Shown here: positions 12,386 through 24,621 of the stretch, piece after piece | Layout: every line of letters begins with the position of its first letter | Numbering within the stretch: position 1 is the stretch's first letter | Notes under the pieces: model-generated | What the model was told of the DNA's origin: nothing | Database searches by the model: none | The model's input: only the letters and a program-made list of their open reading frames with translations | Translations under genes and position numbers: made by a program | Source: Isurus oxyrinchus | Lineage: Eukaryota | Direction: 5' to 3' | DNA length: 64,000 bases | NCBI GenBank assembly: GCA_026770705.1 | Contig: JANJGN010000026.1 | Location: 38,564,001 to 38,628,000 of the forward strand

Positions 12386-13747
12386 CAAAATCGGGTCAGA
12401 GGAGAGGAACAAACGGAAGCTGTGGCCGGGAATGCAGCAGATTGAAAACTGATAAAAGTGCGCGGCGGTGATCAGCTACAGGCGGAACTGATGGAGCGGA
12501 AATAGCGATGGTTGAAACTCCAGAAGCCTGTGAGCATCCTGCACCTGCTCACACGTCAACCGCATGAGAACAAATAGTGCGGGAGGGGCAGGAAGGGAGC
12601 AGAATCAGAGGAGGTTAGGGGACGGAATGAAGATTCCGGTAACCGTATCTGTGTCTATTTGAAAGACCCAACCCAATCGCCTTTCACATCTCACATTCTC
12701 CACGTTGTTTTCCTTTTTCAGTTTATAACAATTCTGCATTGAAATTTACGATTGAATCCTCTTCCCCCTCCATTTCAAGCGTCGTATTCAAGGTGGTAAC
12801 ATACACAATAAATAAATAAATAAATGTAATAAATAAAACAGATCTTTCCCTCTCAAATATTTTCATGAAATTGAGATGATTTGGTTATTGAATCTTCTGA
12901 CAATGGAAGAAATTGTGTTCTATTCTGAATAAAGGACAATTTTTGGAACATCAATTGAATCCCTCTTCTACCTTCTTTGCTACGAGGATAAGAATCCAAG
13001 TTTGCCTAGTCTGTTCACGTAAACCTTCCACATCTCTGGTGCCATTCTGATGCACAGCGTCCGCATTTTCTCCAAAGTTTTGACATTCCTTCTACTTGTA
13101 GTGCCCAGGTTTTGGACAGAGAACTACAGCGATGATCTCTACAGCTTTAACATCACGTCCCACAAAGTAGCCAAAAAGACCGTGTCTGAACATTCCAATT
13201 CAGATTCCTGGAGAACATTCGTTTCCTGACATGCATTTCAATAAACTCTGAATCCATTCAACGGCCGCATCCGAACACGGATTGAACCTAAATCACCAGC
13301 GGACGGAGCCAAATTCAAGCATGGGCGTCAATAAGTCACGTGGTGGAAACGCCAAAGCCAATAGGGATGGTTTCCTGATTGAGATTACAATGGGCCCGAT
13401 CCCCTGCAGTGTGCGGGTGGAACAATGAGCTGAACAGAGCCCGGGTTCCCTCTCTCCTTCTCAATCTCTGGCTCATTGCATTCATATTCACGGAGAGAGA
13501 TTCAGTCAGACATGTTGCTGATAATACTGGCGACCCTGTTCGACAGTAAATACAGGATTGCATTAATCAAAGCAGATTAGCAAATTAATGTACAGAGATT
13601 GCGATAGTATTTGATACAATTTACGATCAGAAATATCCGTAGTATGGACAGCTGGGTAGATAGGAGATTCCGCAAACTCAAACAGCTACGAACAAATTTA
13701 GATCAACGCTGTTTAACCGCTTGATATTTCATTCCTCCATCCCACAG

Positions 13748-14042
13748 GCGGACGATGCGCAGATCCAGTAACTCAGTCCCCGGTCGTAATAATAGTGTCA
13801 GAAGGGGTCTCGGTGCAGTTAGACTGTGAATACACAGGTCTGAATCTAAACAGCATGCAATGGTATCGGAAGCACACGGCACAACCACCAAGATGGATTA
13901 TTGCCAATATCTTAGCACTGAAGGAAGCTAAAATTTCAGGACGATATCTGGCGGCTGTTGACATGTCTCAAAAGGACGGTTAGCGTTCAATATAAGCGAA
14001 CTGAGTGTGGAGGACGAGGCGGTGTATTACTGTGCAATGAGG
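13748..14042 (+). pseudogene. TCR alpha/delta-type V segment V5 (frameshifted)
   Basis: CACAG acceptor, then ADPVTQSPVVIIVSEGVSVQLDCEY..WYRKH. A -1 frameshift in the A-run near 13970 is followed by GRLAFNISELSVEDEAVYYCAMR. The leader-like stretch at about 13442-13493 lacks an in-frame ATG and a GT donor. Confidence 0.87.
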
Positions 14043-14081
14043 CACAGCGTTAAATCACAGCTAGAACCCCGTACAAAAACC
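14043..14081 (+). other. Near-canonical 23-RSS of V5
   Basis: CACAGCG + 23 nt + perfect ACAAAAACC. Confidence 0.92.
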
Positions 14082-14651
14082 TCAGCGAGTATTTGCAGTA
14101 CCGATAAGCTTTCTTATGTGATTTTGTGGGCAGGAAAGGTTTCATCCTAGGTTCCAGAGAAGCAGAACATGCAGATCTATTTACCGCAGATTTACTGCTT
14201 GCTTTGTCCTTGTCCAACTCCACTGAGAAACAGTTTTGGAGGGAAAAAAACGTTTACTCGTTTATGAGATGTGGGTATTTGTTGCCCATCCCTCAATTGC
14301 GCTTGTTCAGAGGGGACTAACAGTCAACCACATTGCTGTGGGCCTGGAGTCACATGTCGACCAGACCAGATAAGAACGACAGATTTCCTTCCCTAAAGGG
14401 CAACAGTGAACCAGATGGGTTTTTACAACAGTCGACCTTAGCTTTCTAGTCATCATGAGAAGTTTAAATTCTGCTATGGTGGGATTCAAACCGGGGCTCC
14501 AATAGGATTAACCAGGATCTTTTGTTTAACCATTACCAGCGATAACACCAGTGCGCTATCGCCTCCAAATAGGCAAGCTTCTCTCCATGCTGCCATTTAA
14601 AGCGTAACTAGCTACGAAATTACCCGGAATATCGATTTGCCAACAGAGGTA

Positions 14652-15103
14652 ATGAAAGCTCTCAGATTTCCTATGGGCTGTTCTTACAGAACCATTAACT
14701 CAGGTGGACCCAGGGTGGATAGGTGGATGGGTGGATTGATAGTTTATTCTATCTATTTCCACAAGCACTTTGCTTAATTTTCCTTGTATATATCATTATG
14801 TTAATTTCATTCTTGTTTTGGCAGTTACTCCTTGTCACCGAGAATCAAATCCTGATTTTGGTTTATCGTGAACGCAAGGACAATCATTTTGCTTCACTAT
14901 AACTCTACTTTCCCTCCAAATGAACTTATATTCTTGTACTGGACATTCTCCAATCGAGCTCCCGAGAATCTCGTCTCCATATTCAGTGGTGAAAGAGTTG
15001 AGGGAAGATTTAAAGTATCTGTGGACCGTGAGAAAGGGTCTACCACTCTCACCGTTCACTCGGTTCAGTTCTCATATGCTGTGGTGTAGTACAGTGCGGT
15101 GAT
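14652..15103 (+). pseudogene. Decayed V segment V6 without RSS
   Basis: RAPENLVSIFSGERVEGRFKVSVDREKGSTTLTVHSVQFSYAVV*YSAV aligns with V FR2-FR3. Acceptor at 14824 and a degenerate leader at 14652-14703. No heptamer follows. Confidence 0.7.
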
Positions 15104-15695
15104 AAACGGGGAGGCAAGGAGGTGAGGATACTGTCGTAGAACTCACTCGACATGGGGACGGGTTAGACAATCAGGACATGGGCTTTAGAAGAGTGAGTAA
15201 TACAAGTCAATTCTGCAAAAAAAGCAGTGCATCATCAGAGTAATTTAATGGAATGAAAATATTTTTATTATTTAAGTTAACATCATAATATAACGTAAAG
15301 ATTAACGACAGAGGTGAAAAGATTTTTTTCCCCCTCAGAAAGTCGTGAGTCTTTGGAACTCCCTTCATCAAAGAACAGGGCAAGCAAGTTTCTTATTGGC
15401 AACAACTCTGCTTGTTTTCCAGGCAGAGGGAGATCGATTTTTGATAAACACGGGAGTGGAAGATAACCAGGTTACAGTCAGATCAGCTATGACCTCATTG
15501 AATGGCGGAGCAGGCTCGACAGGCCGACTGCAACTCCTATTTCCTCTGTTCACATATACTTGGCATCCTGAAATTTAGTTGACATCCTTCTTTGATGATT
15601 CGGGTGCTCGCAAGCCTTACATGCTTCCGAAATGAACAATCACAACCTCATCAGTTGCGGATTTAAGAATTTATGAACAAGAGATTCATCAATTT

Positions 15696-15752
15696 ATGCA
15701 AATGAGCGCATAATGACTTAATGACGTAGCACGTCAGAAAACTGAGGTAAGT
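15696..15752 (+). promoter_or_regulatory. Octamer + CRE-like sites + consensus splice donor (candidate intergenic promoter/enhancer)
   Basis: ATGCAAAT at 15696-15703, TGACGTA and ACGTCA within 15722-15736, then GAG/GTAAGT. Confidence 0.4.
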
Positions 15753-15934
15753 AATCTAACACTGAACATTAAATAGTAAAAACATCAATAGCAAAAGAAT
15801 GGAAAGAGAGAAGTTACAGTGGTTATAAAACCAAAGCCACAAAAACCACAATAGTGTGGCAGAATAATCATGTAGCAAGATTATGCAGCAATATTCGAGA
15901 ATAAATTGAGAGTCTTTGTTTTACAGCCAAGATT

Positions 15935-15948
15935 CCACTAGGTGGCGC
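15935..15948 (+). promoter_or_regulatory. Consensus CTCF motif
   Basis: CCACTAGGTGGCGC, a full match to the core. Confidence 0.75.
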
Positions 15949-16179
15949 CTCAGGCGCTTTGGAGAAAACCTACCAAGCCTCAGCTCACCGCTCTGACGAG
16001 TGACAGCTGGGAATTACAGGAAATATTTTGGTGCCGTGACAGGTTACTGTAAACGATAGTGTATATAGGGTAAGAATCAATAGTTTCATTGCGCAAGAGA
16101 CTAAGAGATGGAGCCCTATAAATCATTGTATTTCATTGTCCAATTTTACTGCGTAGTCCGAAGTAAAAGATCATCACAG

Positions 16180-16300
16180 TGAGAGAGAGAGAGAGAGAGA
16201 CAGACACGAGACAGAGACAGAGAGCGAGAGAGAGGGGGAGACAGAGAGCGAGACAGAGAGACGAAGACAGAGAGAGATACAGAGAGAGAGGGGGAGAGAA
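16180..16300. repeat. GA-rich microsatellite
   Basis: Direct reading. Confidence 0.9.
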
Positions 16301-17854
16301 ATGAGTGCATCTTTTCGTGACCGAATATTTTGTTTCTTATTGGCAACAACTTCAAACTATCCGAAAATACCTCGACACTCAAATCCCTTCACTCCACTAC
16401 AAGGGTCAGAGTGACAACACTTTCTGGCAGAGAACTAAACATTCCCACTGCTCTCGGTGTAAATAATAATAGTAACATCACGACAGAGACTACACTGGAA
16501 ATGTACTTCCTTAGGTTGGAAATTGCTTACTGACACTCTGAGTCTATGAAAGGTGATTTCTCTTTCCGAGTGATATTTGAATCCAGGGGTAAAATTTAAT
16601 GGCCCCCTGTTTCCAGGGGGAGAACTAAAGTTTATTTTTTAAATTTCCTTCTCTTTAGTTCAACCTTTTTTCCTGGATTATGCTGATGAAGGGTCACGAC
16701 GTCCTGGGATTACTAGGATTCTCTCTCCGATATTATCATAGATTCTGTCCGCTCAACGGGACACCCGTCATCTGCCGGAAACAACAATCCGAGAATTTAC
16801 TGAGGAGCCCCTGACGGAAACTGGCTTCCTATTCAAGGAGGGCCAGTGATTGAGGCGCCGAGAGACCACTACACCCCGTAAGAAAGATTTGTACTCATTT
16901 AGCTGAACGTGTACATATAAATTATGCATTCATTTTCAGAAAGATGCACATGCATGACAACACAAAGGCTATTCTGCAAACGCCACTTCTCAGCTCCGTT
17001 ATTCGCCCTATCGCCTCTGAATAAAAAGTTTCAGGGTCCCGCCCCTCTCTGGAGGCTTCACCCCCAGGATCTATACCGATATTTCAATTCGGTCCTCAGA
17101 GAAATATGCAGCGCCAGAGGGGCCGGCTTTCGGATTAGATGTTAAATCGAGGACACCGCCTACCCTTTCAGGTGGACATGATAGATCACATGAGGACTAT
17201 TTTGAAGGAGAGAAGGGGATTTGTCCTGGACAATATTTCTCCACCAATCACCGTCACGAAATGGTTGTGGTTGTTGAAGGTCAACCATCTGAGCTCCAGG
17301 ACATCACCGCAGGACTTCCTCAGGGTAGTGTCCTAGGCCCAACAATCTTCAGTTGCTTCTTCAATGACCTTATTTCCATCATAAGGTCAAGAATGGGGAT
17401 ATTTTGCTGATGATTGCATAATGTTCAGCACCATTCGCAACTCCTCAGATAATGAAGCAGTCCATGACCAAATGCGACAAGAATTGGACAACGTCCAATA
17501 AATGGGCCATAAATGAAGTGAATCTCCCTCTATGTTTTTTTCTCTCATTCTGGGTGATTGGATTTTCCAATCCCCTTCTTGTGGAACCGGCTATTTGTGA
17601 CCAATTCTATCAAACCACTGATAATTTTGAGCAACGTAACTAAATATTTCCATTAACTCCTTTAGTATCAAGTAAAAAAACGCAGTTTCTACCGTCTGTT
17701 CACAAAAAAGCCCCACGTCCCTGTTTCAGGTTTAGAAATAGTCAATTAGTTAGTACAGAACTTGAGTATTGCTGAAAAAAGAGATGTCGAAGTTTTTCAT
17801 TTTTCACTCATCAAGACAGTTTTGTAAGGCACCCGTGGCAGGATAGGAAACAAC

Positions 17855-20750
17855 TGGAAAAACTCAGCACGTCAGGCAACATTTGCAAACAGGGAAACAA
17901 AGATCATCTTTCACCTCCAGAGCCTTTCATTAAAACCAGGAAAGGTTAGAAATGTAGGAAGTTTTAAACAAGTGAAAAGGAGGTGGCAGGAAAGGGCTAT
18001 CATAGGGTGGAAGTCTGGAGAGATTAAATGAGAAAAGAGTTTGGGTGCATGGTCTCAGAGTGAGGTAATCACAGACTGATAGAGTGATTAAACCACTGAA
18101 TGAGGCGATTTGGATTTTCGGGTCTGTGCCAGCCCTCTGTAAGAGCAATGGAAAAAACAAAGAAATAAAAGATATATCTGGAGGGGCTGTCAATGGCAGA
18201 TTGATGAACAACTGCCACCCGAAAATAAAAGAAAAGTGTAAAGGAAGAGGTTCTGTTTCTCGAGTGTATGTTGAGTTTCTTTCGAACACCACAGCAGGCC
18301 GAGGACCAGGAGGTCAGCATTAATATCCGGGTCACCAGTCATTTCAATTCTCCACTTTGACTCTGTGGATTAGTTGTTTCACGTCCCTGTGAAGTTAACG
18401 TAGATCTTGGGTATCAATTCTATCCAAACAATCTTCTGCTCAGACACTATCTCTCTTAACAAATTTCCACTCCAACATATTTTCAACAAAGACTCTAACT
18501 CTTTGATACTTGCTGCCCAGCAATTGGTTTCAGCCCGTCTGATTTCCCTGAGCCTTAATTCCCAATGAAGTGGGATGCTGAAATGGGTGAAATGATTCAC
18601 ACTCTCTGGGTGCAACTCCGAGAATAAAAATAAACTCTGGTCAAATGAGAGGAAGCTGTGGGTTTCCAGCTCTGTCAGTCCTCCTGTTGTCTCAGACAGG
18701 ATTACAATTGAAGACACACAGCCAGCTGCCTGAACCCGCCAGCATGGGAGTCACCTGAACCGGTGAATAGGAATAAAGTGAAGGCCAATTTACATGGTCA
18801 GGCCTTTTGAAAATATATCTTAATTTCTTTGCCCATGGGTTGAGCTCATAGATTCTCTGCAGCGTTTGCTCAGGTTCGTAAAACCAAATCCCGTACAAAC
18901 CAATCCCGCTGTCTGCACCACCAGCAAATATAGAAAACACAACCTGGCTTTTGGCCAACAGGAAGCAACAACAACGGGCTCACCCAGGATTCCAACCCGG
19001 GACTTCTCGCATATTCGCGATGGAAATACCCAAAGTGAGAATCGTACCCCTAGACCAATGAGCTGACGAAAGGCCGGTAACTCAACCAAAAGATACTTTC
19101 ACTGCCATCCAATGCTGACCAGATACCTGCAGTGAAAACCGAAAATGCTGGAAAAACTCAGCACGTCAGGCAGCATCTTTGATCTCCGTGACCTTTCATC
19201 AAAACCGGGAAAGTTAGGACTGTAGGAAGTTTTAAATTAGTGAAATCGAACAGGGAGGAAACAACAACAGGAAAGGGCTCTGGAGGGTCGAAATCAGGAG
19301 AGAGGAAATGACAAAACAATTTGTGATGCACGGCCTCAGGGGGAGGTACACATAGAATCAGGGAATGATTGCACCACAGAATGAGGCCATTCGGACCGTC
19401 ATGTCTCTTCCAACTCTCTGTAAGAGCAATGGAAGAAACAAAAGATGTGTCTGGAGGAGTTGTCAATGACGAATTGATAACAACTGCCCCTCGGATGTGA
19501 AGAAAATGTGTAAACCGGATAGAACCCAAACTTGCAGTGTCAAACAAAACAAAATGGGGGCAGCATCTACAGTGTGAAATTGTTGAACTCAGTCTGAGTG
19601 TGAAGGCTGTAAAGAGCCCAGTTGAAAGATGAGGGGCTGTTCCTCGAGTGTATGTTGAGCTTCTTTCGAACACTGCACGAGGCCAAGGCCTGAGATGACC
19701 CTCGCGTTAAGATCCGGGTCACCCGTCATTTCAATTCTCCATTTTGACTCTGTGGATTAGTTAGTTCGTTGGTTGGATTTGGAGAGGATGTTCATTCCTG
19801 TGGAAGAATCAAGAACCAGGGGCCGCCTATTTAAAACCGAGATGAGGCTTTTTTTTCTGTCATAGGGCCCTGAGTCTTTGGAATTCTCTTCCTGAAAAGA
19901 CGGCAGGTGCAGATTCTGTGAATATATTTAAGGCAGAGGTGGATACATTCGTGGTAAGCAAGTGGATGATAGGTTATCGGGGTGGAGGGGGTGGGGGTAT
20001 TGGGTGGGGTTGGGGGCGTGTTGGTGGGCTGCAGGTTTGAGGTTACCATCAGACCTGCCATGAGTTTATTAAATGGTGGAACAGGGTAGAGGGCCGAATG
20101 GCCTCCTCCTGCTGCTTGTTCGTACGTTTGTCTGTCCCTGTGAAGTTAATGTAGATCTTGGGCATCTGTTCTATCCAAAAAGAACGTTTGCTCAGACACG
20201 ATCACTGTTAACAAATTTCCACTATTACATACACTCGCCAAAGTCTCTGGCGCTTTGATACTTGCTGCCCAGCAATTGGTCTCAGGCCTGTCTGACTTCG
20301 CTGAGCCTTAATGCTGAAGTGGGTGAAATGATTCACACTCTGCTGGCTGTAACTCCTAGAATACAAGTAAACTCTGGTCAAATGAGAACATACAGCCAGC
20401 TGCCTGAACCCGCCAGCGTGGGGTCACATGAATTGGTGAACAGGGATAAAGTAAAGGTCCATTTACATGGTCAGACCTTTCGAAAATGTGTCTTAATTTT
20501 CTCGCATTTGGGTTGTACTGATAGATTCCCTGTAGCATGTGCTCAGGTTCTTGAAACCAAACTCCATGTAAACCGATCTCACTGTAGACACTGCAAACAA
20601 ATGAGCAAAATACAACGTGTGACTTTGCCAATAAGAAGCAAGATTAAAGGGCTCGCCTGGGATCTCACATATTTAGCAATAGAAACACCCAAAGCGAGAA
20701 TTACTCCCCAGACTAATGAACCTTTAACAATCAGCCACGTCAACCAAAAG
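17855..20750. repeat. Tandem duplication of a unit of about 1.3 kb (Penelope-like fragment plus unidentified decayed coding-like sequence); copy 2 has a CR1 3' insert at about 19765-20130
   Basis: Collinear similarity between about 17855-19130 and about 19150-20750; homologous ORFs 18692-18958 and 20356-20631. Confidence 0.8.
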
Positions 20751-20839
20751 ACAGACACAAAATACCCGTTCAACATCTCCCATTCTTCCTTTATCAATTC
20801 TTCAAGTGCACCATCTAGAAGAACAACACTAACTTAATT

Positions 20840-22130
20840 ACTCTTTTCCTATTTAAATACTTGTAGAAACTCTTACTATCTATTTTTATATTATCAGCCA
20901 ACTTTCCTTCATGACTTCTTTCTCTCTTTTTTCAGTCATTCTTTGCTGGTTCCTAAAATTTGGCCAATCTTCTGACCTACCACAAACTTTGCAGATTTGT
21001 ACAGTGTTTCTTTCAATTTAATACTGTCTTTAGCTTTCTTATTCAGCCACGGATGGCACATCCATTTCAAAGAGACTTTGTTTCCAACTGGGATAAGTAT
21101 ACCCTGGGAGTTATTAACTATCTGCCACTTAAACTCTGCTGCCCTAACGTTTAATCCAGTTTCTCAGTTCACTTTCTCTACATCTGCTTTCATATCCTTA
21201 TAATTACCTCTATTCATGTTTAAACGTGAGTCTTCGAATCACAATTCTCCCCTTCAAACTGCGCATGAAATCCTATCGTACTATGATCGCTGTCAGCTGG
21301 AGCTGCCTTTACAATGAGGTTATCGATTGATCCTGTCTTGTTGCTCATTACTATGTCGAATATAGCCTGCTCCCTGGTTGGCTCGAGAAAATACGCTAAG
21401 ATATTGCACTGAGCACACACTTTGATCGTGCTGAATACACCCTATGAACTCATGTTCCAGGCTACCTCCGCAAATCTGATTCAACAAGATACGGGTAGAT
21501 TAAAGTCACCCATGAGTATTGCTGTGCCTTTCTTCTAAGCCCCATTTGTTTCTTCCTGTATAACCTGTCAGGCCATTCAACTGCTGTTCGATTGTTTATA
21601 GACTGCTTCCACAAGTGACCTCTTGCTTTTACTATTTCTTATCTCTACCCAGCCTGATTCCACATGTTGCTTTTTTGAGCCCAGGTCATCTCTCACTACT
21701 GTACTAATGAAATCTTTAATTAACAGAGCTAACTATTCCTAGCTTCCTATCCTTTCGAAACGGCAAATACCCTTCAATATTTAGGTCCCAGCATTGGTCA
21801 CCCTGCAACAATGTTTCTCTGATGGCTCCAGAGCGGGACAAAGTTACTGTTATCCATTTTCTTACGAATTCTCCGCGCATTCAGATACTCTAACTCAGTC
21901 TTTTTATTATTTCTGCTCCCTCTGGCCTTATATCCTGGTGCACTCCTAAATTTGTACCATCTGCCCCTTCCTGACACTGGCTAGTTTTCATTATTCAATC
22001 GTTATTCTGCTCTATTATCTCTTTGGTTTCCTTTTGATTTACTACATCTCCTCATGCATGAGCCCTTTCCCACCTATTTAGTTTAAACCCTCTCTATCAC
22101 TCCACTTATAGAACTCGCCAGAACACTGGA
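20840..22130 (-). mobile_element. Old CR1 fragment (endonuclease region)
   Basis: EPTREQAIFDIVMSN..SDH motif (ORF 21220-21420). Confidence 0.75.
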
Positions 22131-23456
22131 TACATTAATAAATGAGGCAAGCTCTGGTTTAATACCGACATGGAAATTACACAGTGCAGCAGTAAATAAT
22201 TCTTCAATCACTCAGTACAGCCAGACACTGAGCTGATGCACTGAGGGGGGCGTCACTCACCTGTTATCCTTCCATTAAATCAGATCCATTTTGCTGCACC
22301 ACAAATGCATTTGCATTATTTTAAACTGCTGTTTGTTTTTATGATATCACTCTTTTCATTTTTTGCCTGTTTCCCATTATTTTCCCCAGCGTTCATCCCC
22401 ACTTTTCTCACTAAAATCCACATATTTCACCGATTCACGTATTTCCTGATGACACTGAGGTGACACCGTCTTTGTGTGCGTCCATCAACAGTGTCCAGAC
22501 AGCCACTGAGCTAATATATGGATAGTTACTCATTCACGTGCCACAGTTCCGTCGATCAAATCTTTAACCAGTGAGAGTAGGCGGCAATGAATGCATTCAC
22601 CATGGTGGCCTCATTCGCCTAACTTCACAGGCGAGTCTCTCAGTTCTTTAAGTATTCAGAGCAGGCAGGTATAGGCTGCTTCACTGAGGGGAGCCTCACT
22701 CTGCTACACAGGCAAAAATTTCAGGTCTTTAACCATTGAGGCCAGAGAGGCACTGAGCCAACGCCGGTGATGGTGGAAGGGAACAGCTCACTAACCACCA
22801 CAGGAATACTGTTGAGGATTTAAACATTGAGTACATACAAGGGTAAGACTGATCTTCCGTGGGGCAGGAGTCAATTGCTTGCACAAATACATTATTCCGA
22901 TTTTCCTCTCACTAACCTCATTGCAGTGTTCAATAATTTTAACCCACTCTTTCCTTTTCTTGTTTCCTGATTGGGTATTTAAATCTCTGTTTCTCTACAT
23001 CTTTTCTGCTTTTATTTCTGCTTCTTTTCCCCCATCTCCACTATCCCCTTTACGATCTACAGATTCCCCACTGCCAGCGTGTGAGAAATTCAGCATTCAT
23101 TCACTAACTTGGCTGGACTTCATATGAGGAGCTGGGTACGGGCGGCTGGGAGTCATTTTATAGAACAGTAGTAATTGTTTTACATCTTTTGCCTGAAAGA
23201 CTTGAAGACCTAAGTGCATACATTTACGTGTTATGACTGTGGATGGGGTGAGAAGGGGCAAAGATGCACAGAACGGGCATCAAAGTCAAGGCGCAGAGTT
23301 GAAATTGGCAAGTTTTTTCATTGCATGTGCAAATCATCCACGAATACAATTAAGCAAGTCAAACTCAAGAGTTGTTTTGTATTTTTGCTCCTTTAAGTAT
23401 GCTCCCTCTGAATATTACAGTGGAGGGTGATAATTTGTCTTTTTTTGGCTATGGAA

Positions 23457-23470
23457 GCGCCCTCTGCTGA
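23457..23470 (-). promoter_or_regulatory. CTCF-binding motif downstream of V7 RSS
   Basis: Minus strand reads TCAGCAGAGGGCGC, 25 nt after the nonamer. Confidence 0.7.
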
Positions 23471-23495
23471 GAACTAACTGAACATCACAGTGTGG

Positions 23496-23534
23496 AATAT
23501 TGTCCGGGATTCACTGCATCTCTGCCGCAGGGTG
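23496..23534 (-). other. 23-RSS of V7
   Basis: CACCCTG + 23 nt + GACAATATT on the minus strand. Confidence 0.75.
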
Positions 23535-24035
23535 GGATTCATGTCACAGAAATACATGGCGGTGTGGCAGATAAGGGCCTCATCTTCATTATATTGATGG
23601 TTCTATCAAATGTGGAAGAGAACCAGACAATGATGTCGGTCTTCTTGCTCATATTTACACTGATAATGTGAATCAGGAGATGTGGATGTTGTCCGGGTTT
23701 CTGATGACACCAGAGCATATAATGGTAAGGGTGATTTATTTTCAAGATGCAGGTCAGTGTGATGTTAGTTTCCTCTTTGACCAACGTTTCAGGACCAGAC
23801 TCGGCCACTGTGCTTCGTCGAACATAAACATAACGTAAAGTAGTTGGGATAGATGTCATTATTATCGGGATCATCATCACCATCATCTCAAGCAGCATAA
23901 TCATCAACAGCAACACTTCACAATTAATAACATTTGGGTTACAGCAGCCAGGTGAAGAATGGATTTTTTTCTGGGAAGGAAATACTTACTAAGAAGTGAT
24001 ATAATGGTGACGAACGATATGATGCAATTTCTCTT
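23535..24035 (-). pseudogene. TCR alpha/delta-type V segment V7 (inverted paralogue of V1/V2)
   Basis: Leader 24035-23990 has ATG->AAG and a GTAAGT donor; the acceptor AG is now CG. Exon LVKEETNITLTC..WCHQKPGQHP has an FR3 frameshift before TAMYFCDMN. The promoter is homologous to that of V2. Confidence 0.85.
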
Positions 24036-24607
24036 GAGAATGTCTTTGTCTGTAACTCTGCAGTCCGTCAAATCTTCTGTTGGAACTGTAAAGTCGATCC
24101 CAGCCCCCGGCGCTTGCGATCCAATCAGGGAACAGCGGCAACATTCTCTCCAATAAAACAGGAAAGACAAGAAAGGTCAGAACGAGAGAAACAAAAGGAA
24201 TCTGTGGGCAAGGCAATGAAAATTGGCCCACCAGAAATTATTTACCTTTGCCTCTCTATACGAACTGCGTTACATTCACATTTATTTCAAATCTACGGCA
24301 AATAGACTCGCGACATAAATTAGATTTACGTATTGTTTTATAGTTATCGATACCTTCATAGTTTAAATCGCTTAACGCAAGAGGCTGAATCTGTCAGTGG
24401 GGAACAGAAAACTGGGCAACCCATCCCAATGTACTGGAGCCAAACTGTCCATTAACACTGAACTAACCTTCTCAATGATGGGCCTGTTGGAAAGCGTTAC
24501 AGTAATGAGCATAAATATGAGATCAAAAACATTTCACTTGAAGTAATATTCAGAAAATTGTCTATCAGTATTGAAATGTAACGGGCGCTGGGAATCCACT
24601 GCCTGAT

Positions 24608-24621
24608 CAGCCACCTGGTGG
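24608..24621 (-). promoter_or_regulatory. CTCF-binding motif downstream of V8 RSS remnant
   Basis: Minus strand reads CCACCAGGTGGCTG, 41 nt after the nonamer position. Confidence 0.65.

Noticed and set aside
23820-23916. Hydrophobic Met-rich N-terminus of ORF 23539-23916 as an alternative signal peptide
   Set aside because: It derives from the ATG/GAT-rich intron shared with V1 and V2, and the V exon is frameshifted in FR3 anyway.
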